Below, piece by piece: positions 1 through 10,262 of a stretch of 47,080 nucleotides of DNA. The DNA is taken from IMG/VR virus record IMGVR_UViG_3300027672_000021, positions 1 through 47,080 of that record; one strand, 5' to 3'. Numbering within the stretch: position 1 is the stretch's first letter; each line of letters starts with the position of its first letter. The position numbers were made by a program, and so were the translations under genes. Below the pieces are notes generated by a model, which was not told the DNA's origin, made no database searches, and saw only the letters and a list, made by a program, of their open reading frames with translations. This stretch comes from a virus. Lineage: Duplodnaviria; Caudoviricetes.

Positions 1-2
1 AT

Positions 3-233
3 ATAACTGAAAAAGAGTTAGAAGAAGTTAGGGAGCAACAAACTAAAATTGCAGAAATTAAGCAAGACTTAGGAACTTTAGAAATGCAGAAGCACGAAAT
101 ACTTAATGTATTGGTAGGCGTAAACAAGGAAGTTAACGACACTAAAAAAATACTAGAAGAAAAGTACGGGCGAGTTAATATAAATCTTGATGACGGTAGT
201 TATGCTGATATTGAGGAAAGTCCTAGCGAATAA
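3..233 (+). CDS. Partial coiled-coil hypothetical phage protein (5' truncated)
   Basis: Open frame from the window edge (ITEKELEEVREQQTK...LEEKYGRVNINLDDGSY...) ending at TAA, which overlaps the next ATG (TAATG). Confidence 0.7.
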   Translation: MTEKELEEVREQQTKIAEIKQDLGTLEMQKHEILNVLVGVNKEVNDTKKILEEKYGRVNINLDDGSYADIEESPSE

Positions 234-460
234 TGGCAAGTGTTATAAGGAAAATTAGCATTGGTGCTGATTACAAAAATGAAGCTATGCATTATGCTGT
301 ATCTCAGCAAGTGTACGGGGGGCATGAAATATCTGATATTCTCCTAGATGAGAAAGATAACTCTTATAACATTTACATAAAGAAGAACAACGAAGTATTG
401 CCTTGGAAGAAGTTTAATTCTAACATGGCTATCTCTGTGGAGTACGATTTACAGTATTAA
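233..460 (+). CDS. Hypothetical phage protein (75 aa)
   Basis: Translationally coupled on both sides by TAATG overlaps. Confidence 0.75.
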   Translation: MASVIRKISIGADYKNEAMHYAVSQQVYGGHEISDILLDEKDNSYNIYIKKNNEVLPWKKFNSNMAISVEYDLQY

Positions 461-1056
461 TGAAAAGCGTACATGATTTTATTGTAAAGCCTATAAATGG
501 CAGATACAATAACACGGTAAAAGTCGGAGATGTAGATCTTGTAGTAAATACAAAAATAGAGGAGTTCAAAAGTATAAGCAAGATTGCTGAGGTAGTAGCT
601 TTGCCATTATCAATAAAAACAAATGTAAAGATAGGTGACAAGGTTGTTGTTCACCACAATGTCTTTAGAAGGTTTTATGATATAAGAGGCAATGAAAAAA
701 ACAGTAGAAGTTTTATAAAAGAGGATATGTACGCTTGCTCACCAGAGCAGATATACATGTACGGAGCTAATACAGCTCATTTAGACTACTGTTTTATAAA
801 ACCCTTAGCTAACCATGATATTTTTATTACAAGCAAAGAGAAGCCTCTTATGGGCTTATTGAAGTATGGTAATAAAGAACTAGAAAGTCTTGGGGTTTAT
901 GAAGGCGATTTAGTTTCTTTTAGACCAACATCTGAATTTGAATTTGTGGTAGATGGAGAATTATTATATTGTATGAAATTAATTAACGTTGTATCGAAGC
1001 ATGAACGTAAAGGAAACGAAGAGGAGTATAATCCAGGCTGGGCAAAAAGCAGTTGA
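460..1056 (+). CDS. GroES-like co-chaperonin, two tandem GroES-like repeats
   Basis: Two GroES-like halves: 'DFIVKP...VVALP...VKIGDKVVV' and 'DYCFIKP...GVYEGDLVSF...EFVVDGELLYCMK'. Confidence 0.65.
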   Translation: MKSVHDFIVKPINGRYNNTVKVGDVDLVVNTKIEEFKSISKIAEVVALPLSIKTNVKIGDKVVVHHNVFRRFYDIRGNEKNSRSFIKEDMYACSPEQIYMYGANTAHLDYCFIKPLANHDIFITSKEKPLMGLLKYGNKELESLGVYEGDLVSFRPTSEFEFVVDGELLYCMKLINVVSKHERKGNEEEYNPGWAKSS

Positions 1057-1285
1057 AGAATTGATAAAGGTAGCTAAAGAAGCTATCGTAGATTCTGATG
1101 ATGACTTAACAGCAGATAAACTAAAGAATGCAGCAGCAACTAAAAAGCTGGCTATATTCGATGCCTTTGAGATTCTTAACAGAATCCAGGAAGAGGAAGA
1201 CATGCTAGATGATAAACCCAAAGACGATACTAAAAAGAAAAGTGAGTTTAAGGGTTTTGCAGAAGGTAGAGCAAAGTTCGAATAA
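1001..1285 (+). CDS. Small helical protein, candidate terminase small subunit
   Basis: Lies directly upstream of the large terminase. ATG at 1001 is preferred to the TTG at 989. Function inferred from position only. Confidence 0.45.
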   Translation: MNVKETKRSIIQAGQKAVEELIKVAKEAIVDSDDDLTADKLKNAAATKKLAIFDAFEILNRIQEEEDMLDDKPKDDTKKKSEFKGFAEGRAKFE

Positions 1286-1286
1286 T

Positions 1287-3503
1287 ATGTACGAGCAAAC
1301 ATTATACAAGGTATTAGATAACTATATAAAGCCTGCTACTCTAAAAAAGAAAAACAAAGTCAAGTCCTGGAAGTATGGATATGACGAAGACCATGATATG
1401 GTCATTATAAGTAAAACTGGTAAAATAGGTGAGATATACGAAATACAAAATCTCAAAATAGCATTACCAGCTGAGTTTAAAACTCACAACTTTAAAGAAA
1501 AGAAATGGAGTAAGTTAGATTACCCTAAAGAGTTAAGTAGAATTAAAACAATATTTGACTGGAAGGAATACCCAGAAGAATTTAAAGAAGACTGGTACGA
1601 TTATATTGAAACAGAATTTGAAAGACGAGATACTGGATTTTTCTTTTCCAATAAAAACAAGTCTACTTATATTACAGGGTCGCATTACATGTATTTACAA
1701 TGGTCAAAGATTGATGTTGGAAATGCAGACTTCAGAGAATCAAACAGATTGTTTTATATCTTTTGGGAGGCATGCAAGGCTGATGCGAGGTGTTTTGGAA
1801 TGTGTTATCTAAAGAACAGACGTAGTGGGTTTTCATTTATGTCATCAGGAGAAACAGTTAACCTCGCTACAATGTCAACTGATTCTAGATATGGGGTGTT
1901 GTCAAAGTCGGGGCCTGATGCAAAGAAAATGTTTACGGACAAGATAGTTCCTATATCTATTAACTATCCGTTTTTCTTTAAGCCCATACAGGATGGTATG
2001 GATAGGCCAAAGACAGAGTTAGCGTATAGAGTACCTGCTTCAAAGCTTACTAGAAGAAAGCTTGATATAAACGAGACTGTTGCAGATATAAAAGGATTAG
2101 ACTCAACGATTGATTGGAAAAATACAGGAGACAACTCTTATGATGGGGAAAAACTAAAACTGCTAGTACATGATGAGTCTGGCAAATGGGAAAAGCCTAA
2201 TAACATATTAAATAATTGGAGAGTAACAAAGACTTGCCTAAGACTTGGTAGCAGGATTATTGGCAAGTGTATGATGGGATCAACAAGCAATGCCTTGGAT
2301 AAAGGTGGTAGCAATTTTAAAAAATTATATTATGCCTCAGACGTTGAAAAAAGAAACAGTAACGGACAAACTGCTTCTGGATTATATTCTTTGTTCATAC
2401 CTATGGAATGGAATTACGAAGGATACATTGATTCTTACGGAATGCCTGTCTTCGATAAGCCAGAAAAGCCAGTTAGCGACCCGTATGGAACACCTATTAA
2501 ACAGGGGGTAATAAGTTACTGGGAGAACGAAGTTAACGGATTAAAGCAAGACCAAGATGGCCTAAATGAATTTTACAGACAGTTTCCTAGAACAGAACAG
2601 CATGCGTTTAGAGATGAAGCAAAAGAATCCTTATTTAACTTAACAAAAATATATCAGCAAATAGACCATAATGAATCTATGGCTTCTAGTACGTTAGTTA
2701 CAAAAGGTAACTTTCAATGGGAGAATGGTATTGTAGATACAAGGGTAATATTCATGCCAAATAAAAACGGTAGGTTTTATGTGAGTTGGATACCTCCAAT
2801 TAGCTTACAGAATAGAGTAATAACAAAGCATAGTATTAAACACCCTGGTAATGAGCACCTAGGCGCATTTGGTTGTGATAGTTACGACATATCTGGAACA
2901 GTAGATAATAGAGGTTCTAATGGTTCATTACATGGCTTAACTAAGTTTAGTATGGAGGACGCTCCTTCAAATCATTTTTTTTTAGAATACATAGCTAGGC
3001 CACAAACCGCTGAGATATTCTTTGAAGATGTACTTATGGCTTGCGTATTTTATGGTATGCCAATACTAGCGGAAAATAACAAACCTAGACTTTTATATCA
3101 CTTTAAAAGAAGGGGTTATAGAGGTTACTCTATGAACAGACCAGATAAGTTATCAAATAAGTTATCTATAACAGAAAAAGAGATTGGAGGTATACCTAAC
3201 TCAAGTGAAGATATAAAACAAGCACATGCCGCTGCAATTGAAACATATATAGAGGAATTAGTTGGAATACTAGGTGATGATGAAATGGGGGACATGTACT
3301 TCCAGAGAACATTAGAGGATTGGGCTAGGTTTAATATTAATAATAGAACTAAGCACGATGCTTCTATAAGTTCAGGATTAGCTATAATGGCTTGTAACAG
3401 AAACAGATACGCACCAATAAATAAAGTGGTACGAAAAAATATAAATCTAGGATTTAAGAAATACGATAATACTGGAGAATTTTCAAAAATAATAAATAAA
3501 TGA
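1287..3503 (+). CDS. Terminase large subunit
   Basis: Walker A-like KNRRSGFS, Walker B LLVHDESGKW, coupling motif MGSTSN, nuclease GCDSYD and a C-terminal HDASISSGLA. Precedes the portal. Start likely the ATG at 1287. Confidence 0.9.
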   Translation: MYEQTLYKVLDNYIKPATLKKKNKVKSWKYGYDEDHDMVIISKTGKIGEIYEIQNLKIALPAEFKTHNFKEKKWSKLDYPKELSRIKTIFDWKEYPEEFKEDWYDYIETEFERRDTGFFFSNKNKSTYITGSHYMYLQWSKIDVGNADFRESNRLFYIFWEACKADARCFGMCYLKNRRSGFSFMSSGETVNLATMSTDSRYGVLSKSGPDAKKMFTDKIVPISINYPFFFKPIQDGMDRPKTELAYRVPASKLTRRKLDINETVADIKGLDSTIDWKNTGDNSYDGEKLKLLVHDESGKWEKPNNILNNWRVTKTCLRLGSRIIGKCMMGSTSNALDKGGSNFKKLYYASDVEKRNSNGQTASGLYSLFIPMEWNYEGYIDSYGMPVFDKPEKPVSDPYGTPIKQGVISYWENEVNGLKQDQDGLNEFYRQFPRTEQHAFRDEAKESLFNLTKIYQQIDHNESMASSTLVTKGNFQWENGIVDTRVIFMPNKNGRFYVSWIPPISLQNRVITKHSIKHPGNEHLGAFGCDSYDISGTVDNRGSNGSLHGLTKFSMEDAPSNHFFLEYIARPQTAEIFFEDVLMACVFYGMPILAENNKPRLLYHFKRRGYRGYSMNRPDKLSNKLSITEKEIGGIPNSSEDIKQAHAAAIETYIEELVGILGDDEMGDMYFQRTLEDWARFNINNRTKHDASISSGLAIMACNRNRYAPINKVVRKNINLGFKKYDNTGEFSKIINK

Positions 3504-5908
3504 ATATAGGCGCAAACCCAAATAGTGTATTTCCTAGCCAAGTAGTTAGTGACGCTGAAAAATCAAGTTTTGAATATGGCGTACAAGTTGGTAGGGCTGT
3601 GGAATCGGAATGGTTTAGACAAGGCGGTATAGGAAACAGATTCTCTCAGAATTATAATCATTTTCACACATTAAGACTTTATGCAAGAGGAGAGCAGCCA
3701 GTACAGAAATATAAAGATGAACTAGCAATTAATGGTGACCTATCTTATTTAAACTTAGACTGGCAGCCTGTTCCAGTTATATCTAAATTTGTAGATATAG
3801 TTGTAAACGGTATCACTGAAAAAGAATTTGAAATAAAAGCATATGCTCAAGACCCTGACTCTATAAGAAAAAGAACTGAATATGCTGAGAGCATTATGCA
3901 GGACATGATAGCCAAGGAGGAGATTGAGGCACTTAACGCTGCAATTGGAGTAAACACATTCAACACTAAAAACCCAGAGAATTTACCACAGTCACAGGAG
4001 GAGCTTTCTTTGCATATGCAACTTGATTACAAGCAAGCTATTGAGGTAGCTGAGGAAGAAGTTATAAATCAAGTATTAGCCAAGAATAAGTTTGGTGAGG
4101 TAAAGAAGAGATTTAATTATGATTTAGCTGTACTGGGAATTGGTGCTGCTAAGACCACATGGAATAAAGCTGAAGGCGTAGTTCTTGAGTACTGCGATCC
4201 AGCTAGAATGGTTTACTCTTATACTGATGACCCTAATTTTGAGGATGTATATTATGTTGGTGAGGTTAGAGCACTTACGATACCAGAATTAAAAAAGCAG
4301 TTTCCTGATATATCAAATGAAGAGCTAGAAAGAATTGAAAAAATGCCAGGTAACAGAGAGTATGTTACTGGCTGGAATGCTTATGATAAAAATACTGTTC
4401 AGGTTTTGTTTTTTGAATACAAAACTTATAACAACCAAGTATTTAAAATTAAGCAAGGCCCTAACGGTTTAGAAAAAGCAATACAAAAGACGGATGAATT
4501 TAATCCTCCTGAGAGCGATACATTTAAAAAGGTATCAAGAACCATTGAGGTGTTATACAGTGGAGCTAAGATACTAGGTAACAACCAAATGCTTAGCTGG
4601 GGTCTTTCTAAAAACATGACCAGGCCATTTGCGGATACCACTAAGGTAGAAATGAACTACGTTATGTGTGCGCCTAGAATGTATCAAGGAAGGATAGAAT
4701 CTATCGTAAGCAAGATAACTGGATTTGCTGATATGATTCAGCTTACACATTTAAAGCTGCAACAGGTGATGTCTAGAATGGTTCCTGACGGAGTATTCTT
4801 AGATGTTGATGGATTGGCAGAAGTCGATTTAGGTAATGGAACAAATTATAATCCAGCGGAAGCACTTAATATGTACTTCCAGACTGGTAGTGTTTTAGGT
4901 AGGTCACTTACGCAAGATGGTGATATGAATAGAGCAAAGGTTCCTATTCAAGAATTACAAACATCAAGTGGAGGTGCTAAGATACAATCCCTAATACAGA
5001 CCTATCAGTATTATCTGCAAATGATAAGAGACGTTACTGGACTTAACGAGGCTAGAGATGGTTCTGCTCCAGCTAAAGATGCTTTGGTAGGATTGCAGAA
5101 GATGGCTGCTAATCAATCAAATGTAGCAACAAGACACATACTACAGGCTAGTTGTTATATATCACTTAGAATATGTGAAAACGTATCTATGAGAATAGCA
5201 GATTCATTAGAGTTTGCTTTAACCGCAAATTCATTAGAGAATAGTTTAACTAAATTTAATGTTGCAACCTTAGCTGAAATAAGTCAATTAAACTTGCATG
5301 ACTTTGGTATCTTCTTAGAATTAGAGCCAGACGATGAAATAAAGGCTCAATTAGAGCAAAACATACAGGTTGCGTTGCAATCAGGTGGTATAGACTTAGA
5401 GGACGCTATAGATATAAGACAGGTAAAAAATCTTCAGTTAGCAAATGAAATGCTAAAGGATAGAAGAAAGAAAAAGCAGGCAGCAGCACAACAAGCACAG
5501 CAGGCTAATATACAAGCGCAAGCGCAGGCTAATGCAGAGTTAGCTGAAAAGGCAGCGATGTCTGAAGTACAGAAACAGCAAGCGTTAACGGCTGAGAAGG
5601 TGAGTATAGAGCAGGCTAAGTCTCAGTTTGAGATACAGAGAATGCAGGCAGAGGCTCAAATAAAAAGAGAGTTGATGACTACCGAGTTTAACTTCAACAT
5701 GAAACTAGCTCAGGTTAGAGTAGATTCCGAAAGCTTAAAAGAAAAAGAAATAGAGGACAGAAAAGATAAAAGGGTTAAAATAACAGGAACTCAACAATCT
5801 GAAATGATTGACCAAAGAAAAAACAATTTATTACCTAAAAACTTTGAATCTACAGGTAATGATGTATTAAGTGGGGGGTTTGGTTTAGGCCAGTTTGACC
5901 CAAGCTAA
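3500..5908 (+). CDS. Portal protein
   Basis: 802 aa, ATGA overlap with the terminase stop, helical composition, 'RDVTGLNEARDG' segment and a Q/A-rich C-terminal coiled coil. Confidence 0.8.
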   Translation: MNIGANPNSVFPSQVVSDAEKSSFEYGVQVGRAVESEWFRQGGIGNRFSQNYNHFHTLRLYARGEQPVQKYKDELAINGDLSYLNLDWQPVPVISKFVDIVVNGITEKEFEIKAYAQDPDSIRKRTEYAESIMQDMIAKEEIEALNAAIGVNTFNTKNPENLPQSQEELSLHMQLDYKQAIEVAEEEVINQVLAKNKFGEVKKRFNYDLAVLGIGAAKTTWNKAEGVVLEYCDPARMVYSYTDDPNFEDVYYVGEVRALTIPELKKQFPDISNEELERIEKMPGNREYVTGWNAYDKNTVQVLFFEYKTYNNQVFKIKQGPNGLEKAIQKTDEFNPPESDTFKKVSRTIEVLYSGAKILGNNQMLSWGLSKNMTRPFADTTKVEMNYVMCAPRMYQGRIESIVSKITGFADMIQLTHLKLQQVMSRMVPDGVFLDVDGLAEVDLGNGTNYNPAEALNMYFQTGSVLGRSLTQDGDMNRAKVPIQELQTSSGGAKIQSLIQTYQYYLQMIRDVTGLNEARDGSAPAKDALVGLQKMAANQSNVATRHILQASCYISLRICENVSMRIADSLEFALTANSLENSLTKFNVATLAEISQLNLHDFGIFLELEPDDEIKAQLEQNIQVALQSGGIDLEDAIDIRQVKNLQLANEMLKDRRKKKQAAAQQAQQANIQAQAQANAELAEKAAMSEVQKQQALTAEKVSIEQAKSQFEIQRMQAEAQIKRELMTTEFNFNMKLAQVRVDSESLKEKEIEDRKDKRVKITGTQQSEMIDQRKNNLLPKNFESTGNDVLSGGFGLGQFDPS

Positions 5909-5933
5909 TTTTTAATTTATATTATATTATATT

Positions 5934-7124
5934 ATGTCAGAAGAAAAAGAAGTAAAGCAAGAGGGTGAATTTAAGATAAAGAAAAAACCTTCAATGAAAA
6001 AACTAGGTAAACAACCTGAAGTTATCAAAGTGGACTTGTCTGCTAAGAAAGCAGAACAATCAGAAGTAACTAAAGTTGTGATACCTTCTAGTGAAGAGAA
6101 AAAATATGCCAATACAGAGCAAGAAACAGCAAACTTGGTTACAGATAAACAAGCCGAAGCTGTACAAGAAGTGGAAGCAGAAGTATCACCAGGGGAAGGC
6201 TCCATTCAAGATGATGGGTTTTCAACCATACAAGAAATAACTGAGGAGGAAGTAGAAGAAAAAACTCAAGAAGTTATTGAAGATGTACAAGGGTTTGCCA
6301 TTGGAAGAGAACTGCCAGAAAATGTAGAGAAACTTGTTTCTTTTATGGAGGAGACTGGTGGTAACATGGAAGACTATGTAAGATTAAATGCTGACTATAG
6401 CAATGTAGATAGCGATACTCTACTAAGAGAGTATTATACCAAAAGTAAACCTCACTTAGACGCTGAGGAAATATCCTTTCTGATAGAAGATAACTTCTCG
6501 TATGATGAAGATATTGATGATGAAAGAGAAGTTCGCAAGAAGAAGCTTGCGTTTAAAGAAGAGGTTGCAGAAGCTGAAGGGTTTTTGGATGACTTAAAGG
6601 GTAAATATTACGATGAAATCAAGTTGAGGCCAGGCGTAACCCAAGAGCAGAAGAAAGCTACAGACTTCTTTAATCGATATAATGAAGAGCAAAGTTTAGC
6701 GGGGCAAAAAAGGGAAAGGTTTAAGAAGGCTACATCTAATCTTTTAAACGATGATTTCAAAGGTTTTGATTTCAACATCGGAGAAAAGAAATTTAGATAT
6801 GGTATTAATAACCCAACTAAGGTTGCTGCGGATCAATCTAATTTAACTGATTTTGTCGGAAAGTTTCTGGATAATGGAGAGGTTGAAGACCATAAGGGTT
6901 ATCATAAAGCTATGTATGCTGCTTCAAATGTAGACAAGATTGCTACTCATTTTTACGAACAAGGTAAAGCTGACGCTGTCAAGGATGTGGTGAATAGTTC
7001 AAAGAACATTTCAGACAAGCCTAGACAGACTGCCGATGACAGTGTTTTTATTAATGGGTTAAAAGTTAAGGCTATAACTGGGGTAGATTCTTCTAAGTTA
7101 AGAATTAAGAAAAAACAATTTTAA
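5934..7124 (+). CDS. Acidic scaffold-like head assembly protein
   Basis: Very acidic, low-complexity N-terminal half and a basic C-terminal tail; sits between portal and capsid. Confidence 0.55.
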   Translation: MSEEKEVKQEGEFKIKKKPSMKKLGKQPEVIKVDLSAKKAEQSEVTKVVIPSSEEKKYANTEQETANLVTDKQAEAVQEVEAEVSPGEGSIQDDGFSTIQEITEEEVEEKTQEVIEDVQGFAIGRELPENVEKLVSFMEETGGNMEDYVRLNADYSNVDSDTLLREYYTKSKPHLDAEEISFLIEDNFSYDEDIDDEREVRKKKLAFKEEVAEAEGFLDDLKGKYYDEIKLRPGVTQEQKKATDFFNRYNEEQSLAGQKRERFKKATSNLLNDDFKGFDFNIGEKKFRYGINNPTKVAADQSNLTDFVGKFLDNGEVEDHKGYHKAMYAASNVDKIATHFYEQGKADAVKDVVNSSKNISDKPRQTADDSVFINGLKVKAITGVDSSKLRIKKKQF

Positions 7125-7142
7125 AAATTAAAAAAGAAAAAA

Positions 7143-8612
7143 ATGGGACAATTTGGAACAAATGATCCACTAGGCGCATTTAGCCTAAGACCGATGCCAA
7201 CTAAAACAACTTTGGCATCAAATTATTTAAACTTTGCTGACGGAAGCGGAAACGATTTTGCACAGCAGTATTTACCAGAAATTTATGAAGCTGAAGTAGA
7301 GCGATACGGAAACAGAACTTTATCTGGATTCTTGCGTATGGTTGGTGCTGAGATGCCAATGACTTCTGATCAAGTTATATGGTCTGAGCAAAACAGGTTA
7401 CATATCGGATATGAGAACGGAGCAGGAAACTTAAGTGTTGTACTTAGTGGTGCTGCAACAGCGGCTGGTTCAACAATTACTTTAGGTGCTGGACATAACA
7501 TGTCAGTAAGAGTAGGTAACACTGTTGTTATCGCTGATGCTGCTACTGGACTTGTAACATTAAAATGTTATGTATCTGCTGTAACCGCTACTACATTCAC
7601 AGTATTATCTTATACTACTGCTAATTTGACTAGTATTGCAAATGGAGCTGTAAACTTATTCGTTTATGGGTCTGAATTTGGTAAAGGTACAGACGGAATG
7701 ACTGGTTCTCTTGAGGCTTCATTTACGCAGTTTAACAACAAGCCGATTATCATTAAGGATTCTTATGAAATAAGTGGTTCTGATGCTGCTCAAATTGGTT
7801 GGGTTGAAGTTGCTGCTGAAGACGGAACATCTGGATACCTATGGTATTTGAAATCAGAAGGCGAAACTCGTCTACGTTTTCAAGATTACCTAGAGATGGC
7901 TGTTGTTGAAGGTGAAACTGCTACTGCCGCTTCTGGTGTTGTTAGTCAGGTTGCTTTAGGAACAGGAATTACAACTGCTGGTACTGAAGGGTTATTTGCT
8001 GCAATTACTGCAAGAGGTAACGTATACCAAAATTATGCAAACGGAACTGGAACAGGTGGTGCTGGAGCTAGAAGTGCTTTAGGGGACTTTGATTTAATTT
8101 TGCAAAATCTTGACAAGCAAGGGGCTATTGAAGAGAATATGTTATTCTTAGATAGAGCTACATCTTTGGACTTTGATGATATGTTAGCTGCTCAGAACTC
8201 TTATGGTGCTGGTGGTACTTCTTACGGGGTGTTTGAAAACTCTGAAGAGATGGCATTGAACTTAGGATTCGATGGTTTTAGAAGGGGTTCTTATGACTTC
8301 TACAAGACTGATTGGAAATATTTGAACGATGCTACTACTCGTGGTATGATTGATAACATTAAAGGTGTTATGGTTCCTGCTGGAACAAGCACAGTGTACG
8401 ATCAAATGCTAGGAACTAACATCAGACGACCATTTCTACATGTACGATACAGAGCTTCTGAAGCTGATGACCGTAGAATGAAGTCTTGGATTACTGGTTC
8501 TGTTGGTGGAGCAGCTACTTCTACTTTTGATAAGATGGAAGTAAGTTTCTTATCTGAGAGATGTTTAGTAACTCAAGCAGCTAATAACTTCGTGTTATTC
8601 ACAGCAGCTTAA
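7143..8612 (+). CDS. Major capsid protein
   Basis: 489 aa, G/A/T-rich, codon bias typical of a highly expressed gene (GCT/GGT/ACT), canonical position and a strong downstream terminator. Confidence 0.8.
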   Translation: MGQFGTNDPLGAFSLRPMPTKTTLASNYLNFADGSGNDFAQQYLPEIYEAEVERYGNRTLSGFLRMVGAEMPMTSDQVIWSEQNRLHIGYENGAGNLSVVLSGAATAAGSTITLGAGHNMSVRVGNTVVIADAATGLVTLKCYVSAVTATTFTVLSYTTANLTSIANGAVNLFVYGSEFGKGTDGMTGSLEASFTQFNNKPIIIKDSYEISGSDAAQIGWVEVAAEDGTSGYLWYLKSEGETRLRFQDYLEMAVVEGETATAASGVVSQVALGTGITTAGTEGLFAAITARGNVYQNYANGTGTGGAGARSALGDFDLILQNLDKQGAIEENMLFLDRATSLDFDDMLAAQNSYGAGGTSYGVFENSEEMALNLGFDGFRRGSYDFYKTDWKYLNDATTRGMIDNIKGVMVPAGTSTVYDQMLGTNIRRPFLHVRYRASEADDRRMKSWITGSVGGAATSTFDKMEVSFLSERCLVTQAANNFVLFTAA

Positions 8613-8634
8613 TTATAAGCAATAAATATTACTT

Positions 8635-8670
8635 GGGGTCGCAAATTGCGGCCCCTGGTTTTATTTTTTT
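8635..8670 (+). terminator. Rho-independent terminator after the capsid gene
   Basis: GGGGTCGCA-AAT-TGCGGCCCC hairpin followed by TGGTTTTATTTTTTT. Confidence 0.8.
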
Positions 8671-8693
8671 ATCTATTTATTATATTATATTTT

Positions 8694-9455
8694 ATGAAAA
8701 CAAAAGAAAAAACAAAAGACACTTGGGAAGTGAAGGACAGAAGATACTATCTTTCTCACGATAAAAGCCCACTAACAATGACATTAGCTAGTAAGCACTC
8801 AGAATTACATCCTATGATGTATTTTGACGAGGAGCTAGGATATGAAAGAGAATTAAGGTACGCTACAAATCAATTATCAACATTTGTAGATGAGCAAAAA
8901 GGCCCTGTAACTCTTGCCCATATTGTGTTTATACAAGGAGTATTAATGGTTCCTAAGAACAAGCAAAACTTACAAAAGCTATTATCTTTATATCACCCTC
9001 AGAGAGGTTTAACGTATAAAGAACAAGATGAGGTTGCAAACGCTGTAAATCAGCTAGATGACATTCAGCTTGAAATAGAAGCTTTAAATCTTGCTAACAC
9101 ACTTGAAGTAGACCACGCTGAGGCAATTCTAAGAACTGAATTAGGTAGTGCTGTATCTGCAATGAGCAGCAAAGAACTTAAGAGGGATTTAATGCTTTTA
9201 GCAAAAAGTAACCCAGCTTTATTTATAAGCCTAGCGCAAGACGAAAACGTTGAGCTTAGAAGCTTTGGTATTAGAGCAGCGGAATCTGGCATAATATCTT
9301 TATCTGATGACCAAAAAACATTCAAATGGGCAGTCAATGGAAGAAAGCTAATGGAGGTTCCTTTTGATGAGCACCCTTACTCAGCATTAGCTAGTTGGTT
9401 TAAGACTGACGAAGGAATGCTAGTATACAAAAGTATAGAGAAAAAGTTCTCTTAA
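8694..9455 (+). CDS. Hypothetical protein in the head/tail module
   Basis: Long ORF. ATG 8694 follows an AT-rich initiation region; the TTG at 8646 lies inside the terminator. Confidence 0.75.
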   Translation: MKTKEKTKDTWEVKDRRYYLSHDKSPLTMTLASKHSELHPMMYFDEELGYERELRYATNQLSTFVDEQKGPVTLAHIVFIQGVLMVPKNKQNLQKLLSLYHPQRGLTYKEQDEVANAVNQLDDIQLEIEALNLANTLEVDHAEAILRTELGSAVSAMSSKELKRDLMLLAKSNPALFISLAQDENVELRSFGIRAAESGIISLSDDQKTFKWAVNGRKLMEVPFDEHPYSALASWFKTDEGMLVYKSIEKKFS

Positions 9456-9476
9456 TATGTAACTATAATTTATGAT

Positions 9477-9508
9477 GGTAGGCTGACTTAATGTTGGCCT
9501 ACCTTTAT
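9477..9508 (+). terminator. Intergenic hairpin (weak terminator or processing site)
   Basis: GGTAGGCTGAC-TTAAT-GTTGGCCTACC followed by a short TTTAT tail. Confidence 0.55.
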
Positions 9509-9527
9509 AAATAAAACAAAAAAAAAT

Positions 9528-10259
9528 ATGGCAATAAATGTGAATACGGTATATAAGACTGTATTGTTAATACTCAACAAGGAAGAAAGGGGATATGTAA
9601 CCCCAGACGAGTTTAATAAAATTGCTACTCAAGTTCAACTAGAAATATTTGAACAATATGGTGAGGACTTAAACCAGCAACTACGTATACCTCAGACAGA
9701 TACGGATTATGCAGATAGAGTTGCTGCTATTGATGAGCACCTTTCTATATTTAAAACATCAGGCGCAACTGCTTATGTAGCTGCCGCATCACCAGCACCC
9801 GCTTATTTTACATTGCCTACTACAGATGTATTCGGTAATACTGTAGAACTTTACAGGTTAGGTGTTGTTAATTATAAAGATCAAGTCGAACTCCAAAGAC
9901 TTCAAAGAATGGATTTTTATAACATTCAAAAATCTCCATTAACAAAATCAACAGAGACGTTCCCAACTTACCTATTAGAAAATGAAAGGCTAATTGTAAA
10001 GCCTGATACTATTACTAGTAATATTAACTGTGATTTCTTAAGAAAGCCATTAGACCCTAAATGGGGATTTACAATCGGAGCCGTTGGACAATACGTTTAT
10101 GATACCTCAATATCAACGCAGATAGAGTTAGACGTATCGGAACAGACAAGTTTTATATTAAAAACTTTATTCTACTTCGGTGTTGTAGTAAAAGACCCTC
10201 AAATTATTCAAGTTGCTGCTTCTCAAATCCAGCAAGAAGAAAACAACTCAAAAAGATAA
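9528..10259 (+). CDS. Tail ring / head-tail adaptor-like structural protein
   Basis: Position and size, plus N-terminal 'VLLILNKEERGYVTPDEFN' resembling ring proteins of Bacteroidota podoviruses (inference). Confidence 0.55.
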   Translation: MAINVNTVYKTVLLILNKEERGYVTPDEFNKIATQVQLEIFEQYGEDLNQQLRIPQTDTDYADRVAAIDEHLSIFKTSGATAYVAAASPAPAYFTLPTTDVFGNTVELYRLGVVNYKDQVELQRLQRMDFYNIQKSPLTKSTETFPTYLLENERLIVKPDTITSNINCDFLRKPLDPKWGFTIGAVGQYVYDTSISTQIELDVSEQTSFILKTLFYFGVVVKDPQIIQVAASQIQQEENNSKR

Positions 10260-10262
10260 GAT

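Noticed and set aside
1209-1286. Extended N-terminus of the terminase (and the extended starts at 989, 8646, 17713, 32184, 35141, 35960)
   Set aside because: These overlap upstream genes or terminators; downstream ATGs in AT-rich contexts fit better.
9456-9476. TATGTAACTATAAT as a late promoter
   Set aside because: I noticed only one occurrence, which is not enough to define a motif from this window.
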